This document shows positions 37,761 to 45,837 of a stretch of DNA of 64,000 nt, one piece after another. This DNA comes from a virus. Positions within the stretch are counted from its first letter, which is position 1; each line of letters starts with the position of its first letter. Made by a program: the position numbers and the translations under genes. A model generated the notes under the pieces. It searched no databases. It was not told where the DNA came from and saw only the letters and a program-made list of their open reading frames with translations. The stretch spans positions 1-64,000 of IMG/VR virus record IMGVR_UViG_3300046028_005224, one strand, 5' to 3'.

Positions 37761-38548
37761 CAAACCAGCTCCCATGCTTTAGGAATTAAATCTTTAGTAT
37801 CTAGGTGAGAATTATTTGAACCTTCAAACCAACCTTTTGGTGCTACGACATGTTCACTATTTGATAACCATGCACCCCACCAACTAAAAGAACTATTTGC
37901 AATGATGTGTCCTTTACACAAAGTCATAAGACACATATCCAAATATTGATTTGTATTTTCTGAAATCATAAAACGATTATCATTAAACATTTCTTGTTCA
38001 AAACACCATTTAGGATCATCAGAAAAAACAAGCACTTGGCGATTAGGGAAAGCCTCCAATGCCTTTTTATAATATTCTAGGGAAAGTGCGGTATGATTTG
38101 TATTGGTTACATAATCAGTTCTTCGTACATGGAGGCTAACTGGATTATTAAATGATGTCATTGCTTCCATTGCTGGTCCTAGAATGTCATCATTGAACAC
38201 AAAGTCACCCTTTATTTCTTCTTTAATAAAAGTAAAATATTTTTCGCTTTGAAAGAACCCTTGTAATGTTACCCAGTCAGGACACTCATTAAAAAGCTTT
38301 TCATTAAAATGAAAAGTCTCTTCAAGAATTGTAGGTCTTCCTTCATCAATATATTGAACGTTTAAGTAATTTGTATTTTTAAGTTTAAACGGGATAAACA
38401 ATTGATGATCATACCATTCATCTTTTTGATAAGATGGGGGAATGCAAAATTGATATCCTCGGTTTCTAGCTATTCCCTTTACTGCGGCAAACTGAAACAT
38501 CTGATTTCCAAGTCTGCCTAATTTGCCCAGGGCATTAAATCCAATCAT
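37760..38548 (-). CDS. Glycosyltransferase family 11 (alpha-1,2-fucosyltransferase-like)
   Basis: GRLGNQMFQ, GFFQSEKYF, HVRRTDY, FSDD, IIANSSFSWWGA. Confidence 0.92.
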   Translation of the reverse strand: MIGFNALGKLGRLGNQMFQFAAVKGIARNRGYQFCIPPSYQKDEWYDHQLFIPFKLKNTNYLNVQYIDEGRPTILEETFHFNEKLFNECPDWVTLQGFFQSEKYFTFIKEEIKGDFVFNDDILGPAMEAMTSFNNPVSLHVRRTDYVTNTNHTALSLEYYKKALEAFPNRQVLVFSDDPKWCFEQEMFNDNRFMISENTNQYLDMCLMTLCKGHIIANSSFSWWGAWLSNSEHVVAPKGWFEGSNNSHLDTKDLIPKAWELV

Positions 38549-38570
38549 GATTAGTAGTTAATTATCGTAT

Positions 38571-38599
38571 ATTATACAAAAAAATAAGTTTAAAGTCAA
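38571..38599 (-). promoter_or_regulatory. sigma70-like promoter for glycan cluster
   Basis: TTGACT-N17-TATAAT. Confidence 0.65.
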
Positions 38600-39630
38600 G
38601 TTTCTTTTTGGATAGATTTAATTTCTATCATTGAACTTCTATCCATTTTATCTACATTTTCTGGATCATTAAAAGATTTTATAGCTAAAGTAAATCTATC
38701 CGCCTGTGCAAATGGTGTTAATGGTAATACTTTATGTTCTATTTGAGAATCGAAAACGACAATTCTACCAGGAATAAAATCTACAACTTTATGTACTGTG
38801 GAATTTTCTTCATATATTTTTAACTCACCTCCCCAAGTTTCATCCCAATACTTATTACAAAAAATAATAATAGTTAGACATCCAGAAAATGCTGCGTCTA
38901 TATGTCTGTTTACATAAGATATTTGTGGATAATGATTAATATAAAAATCATACAGATATAAAGTTTGATTAAGATTATTTACAATTTTTTGTACAGAGGG
39001 TAACACACCTGAGTCTTCAAGTTCTCTGGCAGATAAGTGGCAAGTAAATCTAAGATCTCTTGATGGAAACAATGGATCACTAGTGTGTTCAAACTTATAC
39101 TTAGATTGTATACAATATCGATGTAAGTGATTTAACTCCGCCCTAGTAAGTTTATCATCAAAAACAAATAATTGATCTTTATAAAAATTAGTGCTCATGT
39201 TAATATTATAATGTAAATATAATCTTTTTTTAATTTCTTTAAAGTATTCAAATTCTTTATCATTTAATTCAATAATCTGATCTAATAAATTTGCATACTC
39301 TATAATATATAACTCTTTTTGTAAATCAATATCAAATTTATGTTCTAAGATTTGATCAATACGTTTTTCTAAATTTGAATAAAAATATACAAGTTCTTCG
39401 GCACGAGTTCCTATTATTTTTTTTACATCTTCACGATCAATATTTAAATCAAATTTAAAATAATCAGTTCCATAGATTGCATGATACAATCCAGCATCAA
39501 TTAAATATTGTTCATTGGGAAAATGCTGTTGTATTATTTTAGAAGTATTATATAAATGTTCGTAAAAAGTTTTATTTCCATGCTGAACATTTATAGTCTT
39601 ATCTAATATAAATTTAAGTTTGTTATTCAT
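38596..39630 (-). CDS. HD-like (DUF6817-like) domain fused to 2OG-Fe(II) oxygenase
   Basis: N-terminal EHL...AGLYHAIYGT...IG..AE.LV; C-terminal HID...WGGEL...PGRIVVFD...H.V...RFTL. Confidence 0.75.
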   Translation of the reverse strand: MNNKLKFILDKTINVQHGNKTFYEHLYNTSKIIQQHFPNEQYLIDAGLYHAIYGTDYFKFDLNIDREDVKKIIGTRAEELVYFYSNLEKRIDQILEHKFDIDLQKELYIIEYANLLDQIIELNDKEFEYFKEIKKRLYLHYNINMSTNFYKDQLFVFDDKLTRAELNHLHRYCIQSKYKFEHTSDPLFPSRDLRFTCHLSARELEDSGVLPSVQKIVNNLNQTLYLYDFYINHYPQISYVNRHIDAAFSGCLTIIIFCNKYWDETWGGELKIYEENSTVHKVVDFIPGRIVVFDSQIEHKVLPLTPFAQADRFTLAIKSFNDPENVDKMDRSSMIEIKSIQKET

Positions 39631-39644
39631 TTAGCATTGAAAGT

Positions 39645-39670
39645 AAAAAAGGTGGGTATGCAACCCACCT
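39645..39670 (-). terminator. Intrinsic terminator after structured RNA
   Basis: AGGTGGGT-TGCAT-ACCCACCT-TTTTT. Confidence 0.85.
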
Positions 39671-39674
39671 CATG

Positions 39675-39855
39675 TAACTCAGGCTCGCCACTTGCCCTTT
39701 GTCTGGAGGCAAGAAACCAGGCGGGGTTACCCCATCCGCACCACCAGTTTTTTAAGGAAACTGGAAACCTCAGGGGTCATTTGACCATCCCGACCAGGGT
39801 TGTTAACGTGTCTCCATCACGGGCATATTGGGGATGACTCCACCAGGATAAGTTT
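39675..39855 (-). ncRNA. Structured cyanophage ncRNA, manA-like (wcaG-related modules)
   Basis: GC-rich ~180-nt non-coding island with repeated GGTTTC...GTGG modules, GGTGCGGATGGG..CCCGCC and GTGGCGAGCCTG; family assigned from memory. Confidence 0.65.
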
Positions 39856-40136
39856 TAAGTCGTTCCAGGACTATTACTTTCTTTATCCCATTTCATTATG
39901 GGGCAAAAAGTCTCTGAGAATTTAACTTTATTAGAAATGTAGCAACCGCAGATTTTACAACGATCATCTTCGGCAACATAAAATTCACATTGTTTACAAA
40001 TTTCAGTTCTATTTTTTTGCGTATTATCACTAGCAAAAACTGATTTGTTTTCAAAAGCACCAACTACAACATCTTTAGCCGAAGATAAAACATTTTTTAG
40101 TTGCTTTATTGCAGGAGGATATTGTGTGTTTTCCAT
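39855..40136 (-). CDS. Cys-rich small protein (DUF6171-like)
   Basis: R.EIC.QC...RCKICGC...K......CP..KW. Confidence 0.7.
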   Translation of the reverse strand: MENTQYPPAIKQLKNVLSSAKDVVVGAFENKSVFASDNTQKNRTEICKQCEFYVAEDDRCKICGCYISNKVKFSETFCPIMKWDKESNSPGTT

Positions 40137-40141
40137 TGTTT

Positions 40142-40360
40142 TTAAATTTCTACTTCTACATGCTTAAGATCATTATAGATATACTCCATCAAAATTTCAT
40201 AGTCATCAAGTGGGTCTCCTGAAAAAATTACTCCTTCGTTTTCATAAAAACGACGAACTTTTTTATAAAGTTTCGGATTCTTTACATCAAGAAGAATTTC
40301 TCCATGTGCTGCAGCACGAAGAGTACTAACGTCTTTCTTAAATTTAGCAGTGAGTGACAT
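40142..40360 (-). CDS. Conserved cyanophage hypothetical protein
   Basis: LDVKNPKLYKKVRRFYENEGV.FSGDP.DDY; own TTGACA-N17-TATAAT promoter. Confidence 0.75.
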   Translation of the reverse strand: MSLTAKFKKDVSTLRAAAHGEILLDVKNPKLYKKVRRFYENEGVIFSGDPLDDYEILMEYIYNDLKHVEVEI

Positions 40361-40427
40361 TGTTTTGAATGAACTACGAACAAATTATAAAATGAATTTG
40401 AGAGATTGTCAAGAGGGCTTAAGCCCA

Positions 40428-40500
40428 TGCTGGTTGTGGGGAACGATCCCACCTGTGTCCGATTATGAGTCGGGTGCTTTCACCAGATAGCTAAACCAGC
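40428..40500 (-). tRNA. tRNA with CAT anticodon (Met or Ile2)
   Basis: GCTGGTT/AACCAGC acceptor stem; CT-CAT-AA loop; atypical T-loop ATCGTTC. Confidence 0.85.
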
Positions 40501-40504
40501 AGCA

Positions 40505-40578
40505 GGTAGGACTGCAGGGAGTTGAACCCCGTTCACTCCGTTATAAGCAGAGGGCTTTAACCGATAAGCAACAGTCCC
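40505..40578 (-). tRNA. tRNA-Ile(TAT)
   Basis: GGGACTG/CAGTCCT stem; CTCTG-CTTATAA-CGGAG. Confidence 0.85.
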
Positions 40579-40587
40579 ATTATAAAA

Positions 40588-40755
40588 TTAATCAGTAAAC
40601 CCGCTACATATTCGCACCATATCCTCATACTCATCTATTGGCATAAGAACACAATCTCCGTTGACACTTTTAATTAAAAAAGTTTCTCCTTCGCCAACGC
40701 GATCAAGGTAATCTTCAAAATACTGTTGCAATTCATCAACTGTAATTTCAGTCAT
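40588..40755 (-). CDS. Phd/YefM-like antitoxin domain protein
   Basis: MTEITVDELQQYFEDYLDRV..GETFLI....G..VLMPIDEYE pattern. Confidence 0.6.
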   Translation of the reverse strand: MTEITVDELQQYFEDYLDRVGEGETFLIKSVNGDCVLMPIDEYEDMVRICSGFTD

Positions 40756-40794
40756 TTGTCGTATCAATTTTTTCATTTTATTTATAAAATGATA

Positions 40795-40868
40795 TCGGGG
40801 TGATAGGATTTGAACCTACGGCCCCTCGCTCCCAAAGCGAGTGCTCTACCAAACTGAGCTACACCCCG
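40795..40868 (-). tRNA. tRNA-Pro(TGG)
   Basis: CGGGGTG/CACCCCG stem; CTCGC-TTTGGGA-GCGAG. Confidence 0.95.
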
Positions 40869-40982
40869 TTATTTTGTTTTATGCACTACCATTATACCCA
40901 TAATTGGTAAGATTGTCAACCCCATTCCACAAAGTCCCAACCAAATCTGACTTGCTGCTAATGCCTCTACAAGATGAAACAT
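40869..40982 (-). CDS. 37-aa membrane peptide
   Basis: Manual: MFHLVEALAASQIWLGLCGMGLTILPIMGIMVVHKTK*; TAATG coupling. Confidence 0.5.
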   Translation of the reverse strand: MFHLVEALAASQIWLGLCGMGLTILPIMGIMVVHKTK

Positions 40983-41176
40983 TAGTATCCCCTCCAAGTC
41001 TTGAACTCATAATAGAAGTATTGATCCATATCACCACTCAACGGTGCGTTAACATCCTTATGAGCCCATTCCATACAAAACTCTTTTATTTTTATATCAC
41101 TCATTGCACCTCTTCCCCACATTCTCACAAATGCAGAAGCAGCAAAGTGATATCTTTGTTTAATGTTGGATTCCAT
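40982..41176 (-). CDS. Hypothetical protein
   Basis: RYHFAASAFVRMWG...DQYFYYEFKTWRGY. Confidence 0.7.
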   Translation of the reverse strand: MESNIKQRYHFAASAFVRMWGRGAMSDIKIKEFCMEWAHKDVNAPLSGDMDQYFYYEFKTWRGY

Positions 41177-41180
41177 TTAA

Positions 41181-41360
41181 TTACTTGTCTTTTAATAGTT
41201 CTTCTACTCGTTTACGCATGTTGGTACTATCTTGATTGAGATAGTCTCTCAAAGAATAACCACGATGACCTCGTAGGATACATGTTCCTTGATAGAACAT
41301 CGTGGAAGCAAAAACTAATAACAGTATACAACCAATTAGTTCAATGTGATTTTGAGCCAT
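41181..41360 (-). CDS. Small membrane protein (59 aa)
   Basis: Manual: MAQNHIELIGCILLLVFASTMFYQG...MRKRVEELLKDK*. Confidence 0.55.
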   Translation of the reverse strand: MAQNHIELIGCILLLVFASTMFYQGTCILRGHRGYSLRDYLNQDSTNMRKRVEELLKDK

Positions 41361-41539
41361 GGCAGTAAAGGTGGAATGATACCTATGAGTCTGAGGAGAC
41401 CTTCAGCAAATAAAGCAAGAACGAACCAACCGACACACATAGAAATAATTGCAGCATTACGGTTGTGCTTACGAATTGCATCATCGATCATCTCCTGTAC
41501 TTCTGAACGACTGATAAGTTCATCCTGTTCTTGAATCAT
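41336..41539 (-). CDS. Small membrane protein
   Basis: EVQEMIDDAIRKHNRNA followed by TM helix. Confidence 0.7.
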   Translation of the reverse strand: MIQEQDELISRSEVQEMIDDAIRKHNRNAAIISMCVGWFVLALFAEGLLRLIGIIPPLLPWLKITLN

Positions 41540-41685
41540 TTTTCATCTCCAAGAAATTTTGCCAGTGGATCTTTTCGGGTTTTGACAATTTCACAAGCTC
41601 GATAATAGAACATATTGTCCATATTACCAGACTCTTCAAAAGTGGCTTTTATTTTAAGCCAATTCTCATAAGTATGCTGATCCAT
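41536..41685 (-). CDS. Small hypothetical protein (49 aa)
   Basis: Manual: MDQHTYENWLKIKATFEESGNMDNMFYYRACEIVKTRKDPLAKFLGDEK*. Confidence 0.6.
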   Translation of the reverse strand: MDQHTYENWLKIKATFEESGNMDNMFYYRACEIVKTRKDPLAKFLGDEK

Positions 41686-41780
41686 AAACGGATTTCATAA
41701 CATAATATATAATAGTTCAGACACAAAAAAAGTCAAGAAAGGTTAGACTTTCAAGACTTAGATTAAGAAAATATTAAAAG

Positions 41781-41866
41781 CGGTGAGGGTGGGATTTGAA
41801 CCCACGGAGGCTATTAACCTCGGCGGTTTTCAAGACCGCTGCCATAAACCACTCGACCACCTCACC
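41781..41866 (-). tRNA. tRNA-Ser(TGA)
   Basis: GGTGAGG/CCTCACC stem; GCGGT-CTTGAAA-ACCGC; long variable arm. Confidence 0.95.
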
Positions 41867-42117
41867 TAGCGGATTTCAAAGTCCAATTTACGAACTTTAC
41901 GTTGCCTTCTTGCTTCTTGATAAACAAGATCTTCGGCAGAAAAAATTGTCTTTTTACTAGATTCTTTTACTGAATTTAACATGACAATTTGTGTTAAATC
42001 AACTGCTGAGATTTTATCCCCACGTACAGTTGTCATATTTGAACAACCACAACATCTAGTTTGTGTTGGATGGCTTTCTAATTCTTTATTACAAGTTTTG
42101 CATCTAATTTTTAACAT
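41866..42117 (-). CDS. Small Cys-rich hypothetical protein
   Basis: IRCKTC...CCGCSN...RKVRKLDFEIR; start moved outside tRNA-Val. Confidence 0.7.
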   Translation of the reverse strand: MLKIRCKTCNKELESHPTQTRCCGCSNMTTVRGDKISAVDLTQIVMLNSVKESSKKTIFSAEDLVYQEARRQRKVRKLDFEIR

Positions 42118-42155
42118 GTCACATATTATACTCAATAAAGTATATATGTGACAAA

Positions 42156-42227
42156 TGGGAAATGTCGGATTTGAACCAACGACCGTCTGCGTGTAAAGCA
42201 GCTGCGCTACCACTGCGCCAATCTCCC
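42156..42227 (-). tRNA. tRNA-Val(TAC)
   Basis: Cloverleaf with CTGC-TTTACAC-GCAG anticodon arm, GGTTCAAATCC. Confidence 0.92.
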
Positions 42228-42231
42228 AGGA

Positions 42232-42314
42232 GTGTTACGGCATTTTGGTTTATCTTTCCAACGCAAGTAACACAACTTGGTCTCTTTCTAGGCTATCTGC
42301 CTAACGAGTACCAA
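42232..42314 (-). ncRNA. Unassigned two-hairpin structured RNA between tRNA-Asn and tRNA-Val
   Basis: Two bulged hairpins, both with AGATA in the loop. Confidence 0.5.
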
Positions 42315-42386
42315 CTGCCCAGGCTGGGATCGAACCAGCGACCAGTCGATTAACAGTCGAATGCTCTACCGCTGAGCTACTGGGCA
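42315..42386 (-). tRNA. tRNA-Asn(GTT)
   Basis: TGCCCAG/CTGGGCA stem; TCGA-CTGTTAA-TCGA. Confidence 0.95.
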
Positions 42387-42392
42387 ACAATA

Positions 42393-42563
42393 TTAAGGTT
42401 GTTTAGTTTCCATCATGTATTCTACTGTATTTGCAATGTCATTCATTGCATCACGAAGAAAAGGTTGTTGTCCAGATTCTTGACGAACAACTGGGCGGTG
42501 GTCATCTGTGAGTGACCATCTCCATTGTTTCATGTGAGAGCAATACCACAGATTAATTTTCAT
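42393..42563 (-). CDS. Small hypothetical protein
   Basis: MKINLWYCSHMKQWRWSL...AMNDIANTVEY. Confidence 0.65.
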   Translation of the reverse strand: MKINLWYCSHMKQWRWSLTDDHRPVVRQESGQQPFLRDAMNDIANTVEYMMETKQP

Positions 42564-42711
42564 GTTTGAAATATTCCAGTTCGATCCAATTAAGAAGTGT
42601 TTGGAAGGAATTGATTGCTGCTTGATTACAGTTGTCATCTTTCAATTTTTGAACATAATACTCCAATGCTTCAATCGCCATTTGGCGGTCTGTTTGCGAA
42701 ATAAGTGACAT
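42553..42711 (-). CDS. Small hypothetical protein
   Basis: GGAGG SD, MSLISQTDRQMAIEALEYY. Confidence 0.65.
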   Translation of the reverse strand: MSLISQTDRQMAIEALEYYVQKLKDDNCNQAAINSFQTLLNWIELEYFKHEN

Positions 42712-42727
42712 GTGAACCTCCAGTAGG

Positions 42728-42808
42728 TGCCCGAAAGAGGACTTGAACCTCCACTCCTTACGGAACATGATCCTAAGTCATGCGTGGCTACCATTACACC
42801 ATTCGGGC
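42728..42808 (-). tRNA. tRNA-Leu(TAG)
   Basis: GCCCGAA/TTCGGGC stem; CATGA-CTTAGGA-TCATG; variable arm. Confidence 0.95.
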
Positions 42809-42866
42809 AAAAACCCCTATAGGGTATATAGCTATTATACACCATATAGGGGAAGGCTGTCAACTA

Positions 42867-44369
42867 TCAGAAACGGAAGGTTGTCTGAATCACACCACCA
42901 TAATTATCCGAAGCTTGCTTCAGACCTTGGTTGTTGGACACATAGAACACAGCAGGAGTTACGCTGATATTATCGCTAACTTTGTAACGATAGAATGCTT
43001 CCCACATAATCGCTTTCTGATCTGCTTTGAGTGAAGAAGCATTACCAGGAGCACCAATGGCGAAACCAGCAGCATTACCCTTAGAAAATACATCGCTCCA
43101 CTGAGTACCAACAAACCAAGTTTGGGAGTCGGTAGCACCATTAGGAGTTGGACGGTTGTTAGAAACACTCACAGTGTTCCAACCATAAGCACCACTCACA
43201 GAAGGAATGATACCAGACTTCTTGGGTTGCCAGTATGCGTTGAAAGCATAACCATTGGAGGTTTGGTTAGCAGCAAGAGCACCAGAACCACCACCGATAG
43301 CGTTGAAGTTACGAACACGAGTTCCTTCAGTACCGTAGCGGTAACCGAAAGCAACACCATACTGAGGAGCACGGTAACCAACCTGTGCCAGAGTGTTCAG
43401 AGAACCATCTTCATCAAACTGACCTTTGGTAGAATCGTTTCCGTTCTGGGCAACATAGTTGATACCAGCAACAAAACCAGGCTTACCTTTCTTGGTAGGT
43501 TGAACCCACTGAGCACCGAAACCAGAACCAGTTGCCTTGTTGTAGACACCAGGAGCACCAGCAACAGAGAAGAAGTCCAGAATGTCTGAACGATAGGCAG
43601 TAGGAACCCAAGCCATCTCAGTGTTACGAACCTGAGCACCAGCAGTCAGAGTCATACCTTTGGTAAGACCAGGGAAGCTATAATACAGACGATCAAGAGT
43701 TACAGTGTTTGCATAAGTTTCTGCCTTGTCCAGTTTGAACAGAGACGAGGAAGAACCAAAGGGTTGACTGGAGAAATTACCAGAACGCAGACGGGTCTTC
43801 AACAGATCCTTACCAGTGAAGGAAGTATCAAAGCTCAGACGAACATCGTAGTTGAAAGCAGTGTTACCGACATTGCTGCTGTTAGCAAGACGAGCACCAT
43901 CTACACCACCCAGAACGAAGGTTGCTTCACCTTTGAGTTTGGTTGTAGTGGAGAATTGAGTTGCTTGGAGAGTCCCAACTTGTTTCTCCAGTTTAGCAAC
44001 ACGACCTCGAATAACTTGCAGTTCGTTAGAGAACTCATTAGCAAGACGCTGGAGTTCATCGGTAACTTCGGTTACACGATCAAGGCAAGCATTCAGAAGT
44101 GCTGCTGCCTCAAAGCGGGTCATTGCCTTTCCACCAAGGAAAGTTCCATTCTCGTAACCAGCAACGCAACCATAACGCTCTACGAGGTTGCTGAGTGCCT
44201 GATATGCCCAATCTGTAGGTTGAACATCAGACAATTTAGTAATACTTGAAACCTGCTCAGCGGAAGTATATTGGTTGACTGCTGCCATATTAAGATCTGC
44301 GGCATTCGCAGCAACAGGAGCAACCATTCCCAGAGCAACAGGTGCAAGCATAAGTTGTTTGAGTTTCAT
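42867..44369 (-). CDS. Cyanobacterial outer-membrane porin (SLH domain + OprB-type barrel; Som/iron-uptake porin family)
   Basis: SDVQPTDWAYQAL..LVERYGCVAGY...TRFEAAALLNACLD SLH; QFSTTTKL.G; C-terminal TTFRF. Confidence 0.93.
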   Translation of the reverse strand: MKLKQLMLAPVALGMVAPVAANAADLNMAAVNQYTSAEQVSSITKLSDVQPTDWAYQALSNLVERYGCVAGYENGTFLGGKAMTRFEAAALLNACLDRVTEVTDELQRLANEFSNELQVIRGRVAKLEKQVGTLQATQFSTTTKLKGEATFVLGGVDGARLANSSNVGNTAFNYDVRLSFDTSFTGKDLLKTRLRSGNFSSQPFGSSSSLFKLDKAETYANTVTLDRLYYSFPGLTKGMTLTAGAQVRNTEMAWVPTAYRSDILDFFSVAGAPGVYNKATGSGFGAQWVQPTKKGKPGFVAGINYVAQNGNDSTKGQFDEDGSLNTLAQVGYRAPQYGVAFGYRYGTEGTRVRNFNAIGGGSGALAANQTSNGYAFNAYWQPKKSGIIPSVSGAYGWNTVSVSNNRPTPNGATDSQTWFVGTQWSDVFSKGNAAGFAIGAPGNASSLKADQKAIMWEAFYRYKVSDNISVTPAVFYVSNNQGLKQASDNYGGVIQTTFRF

Positions 44370-44438
44370 AAAAGTTTGTATTGTTATTAAACGACAATAG
44401 TGTTTAGAAGTCTTAAAAAAATCTTAAGACACAAGGAT

Positions 44439-44483
44439 ATACTAAGATATTTTCGTGTGTATGTCAACTAAGATTTGGTTAAG
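44439..44483 (-). promoter_or_regulatory. Porin promoter with Pho-box-like repeats
   Basis: CTTAACCA-AAT-CTTAG then TTGACA-N17-TAGTAT. Confidence 0.5.
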
Positions 44484-44484
44484 A

Positions 44485-44555
44485 AGCGGACAACGGGGAT
44501 CGAACCCGTGACTGGAGCTTGGAAGGCTCAGATGTTACCTCTACACCATGTCCGC
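44485..44555 (-). tRNA. tRNA-Gly(TCC)
   Basis: GCGGACA/TGTCCGC stem; GAGC-CTTCCAA-GCTC. Confidence 0.93.
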
Positions 44556-44559
44556 AAGG

Positions 44560-44632
<73 letters not shown>

Positions 44633-44646
44633 ATGAGAATATTATA

Positions 44647-45060
44647 TCAGATTTTGGGGCAATCGTCAACCCATGGGGCACAGATCCTCATGGGTGGGGC
44701 GAGTGACTTACACTCGTTAGTATAGCACACTTTTTCATCGTTTGCTTCTTCAACATAACGAGGTCGGTACTTCCTGTTTGCTTCTTCTATTATTCTATCA
44801 TACTCTGGGGTTACTTTGTCAATAGCATCCCCAACTGCTTTCTGTGATCTACAAGTTATGATCTCATCAATCTTCAGTTTTACATCCTCTAATACTTCGA
44901 TATTTAGTGGTCGTGTGACTTGATCTACCACACACCAAATTTTTTCTTCTGGCATAGCAACGCAACTAGCTAGTCCAGATACAACAAAAGCAAGAACTCC
45001 AGACACAATCATCATGTCTTTTGTACTTACTTTCTTCTTACCTATTTGAAAATTAAACAT
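44647..45060 (-). CDS. Membrane-anchored/lipoprotein-like Cys-rich protein
   Basis: Hydrophobic segment ending LASC; C-terminal CYTNEC...MRICAPWVDDC. Confidence 0.65.
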   Translation of the reverse strand: MFNFQIGKKKVSTKDMMIVSGVLAFVVSGLASCVAMPEEKIWCVVDQVTRPLNIEVLEDVKLKIDEIITCRSQKAVGDAIDKVTPEYDRIIEEANRKYRPRYVEEANDEKVCYTNECKSLAPPMRICAPWVDDCPKI

Positions 45061-45102
45061 GGTAAGGGGGTGTGATCAGCACCCCCTATTTATTCTATTT
45101 TG

Positions 45103-45732
45103 TCAAACTTCTACCTTGATCAGCTTGGAAGCATATTCATATGCATAAGATGTACGAGCACCATGATGCCCCCATCCGATCCAACTATACGCATAGTCCA
45201 TGTAACGGTCAATAGATTTCCCAGGAGTCTTCATACGCTCCTCAATCTTTTGCCATTGGACTTCATTTGTTAGATAACGAAGTTGCGTGTGAAGTGTTGA
45301 TGGTGAACCACCATACTTCTTAGCGAAATCACCCAATCCATAATATCGATTGGCAGATGTCCATTGAATCAGTCCGTAACCGCGTCCACAGTTACCCCAA
45401 CTGGTTCTGCTACCACCTTCACAAATGTTAGGAACAAAAGTTGATTCCTGACGAATATTACCCATGATGGTAGCAAGGGCGTTTCTGTCTTTAATTCCAA
45501 TGTTCTGGAAGTATTCCAGAGCTACATTTTCATTTTCATTACACCCTTTACAAATTAGCCTTTTCTCTTTAGGTTTTTCGGGAGCAACCTCTTTGGTCGC
45601 TGTCAGTGTTTCAAACTCCTTAATAATAGAAAACGGCGGAGGAGCCGTCAAAGGAGGAAACAGGGGCAGTGTTGCCACGTTGGTTGTAACCGTTGCCAAA
45701 AAAGGCAGGGCTACAGTAAAGAATTGTTGCAC
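45103..45732 (-). CDS. Phage tail lysozyme-like (Phage_lysozyme2) secreted muramidase
   Basis: ATIMGNIRQES...GYGLIQWT...TQLRYL. Confidence 0.85.
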   Translation of the reverse strand: MQQFFTVALPFLATVTTNVATLPLFPPLTAPPPFSIIKEFETLTATKEVAPEKPKEKRLICKGCNENENVALEYFQNIGIKDRNALATIMGNIRQESTFVPNICEGGSRTSWGNCGRGYGLIQWTSANRYYGLGDFAKKYGGSPSTLHTQLRYLTNEVQWQKIEERMKTPGKSIDRYMDYAYSWIGWGHHGARTSYAYEYASKLIKVEV

Positions 45733-45739
45733 TAGGTTA

Positions 45740-45811
45740 AATTGAACTCTACATCCGTATAGGAAAAGCGCACTTCCCCTTTCTCAAGGGGCAGATCCCA
45801 CGGCTCTAATT
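45740..45811 (-). ncRNA. Candidate structured cis-regulatory leader upstream of lysozyme gene
   Basis: Nested stems AATT.GAGC/GTTCAATT, CCGT/ACGG, CCCCTT-GAGA-AAGGGG. Confidence 0.5.
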
Positions 45812-45837
45812 GTCACATAGAAATGATGTTGGTCTAT

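Noticed and set aside
39637-39837. 66-aa plus-strand ORF
   Set aside because: Antisense to the structured RNA and terminator; open only because of local GC richness
41736-41779. Second Pho-box-like repeat downstream of tRNA-Ser
   Set aside because: Only two weak half-sites in very AT-rich DNA; likely chance
42118-42213. ORF-track N-terminal extensions running through tRNA-Val (and 42712-42768 through tRNA-Leu)
   Set aside because: They overlap clear tRNA cloverleaves; downstream ATGs are better starts
45740-45811. Twister ribozyme or SAM-II/V riboswitch identity for the lysozyme leader
   Set aside because: GTAGAG resembles twister, but the required UAA/P2 partner and pseudoknots could not be found; SAM-II/V consensus not met
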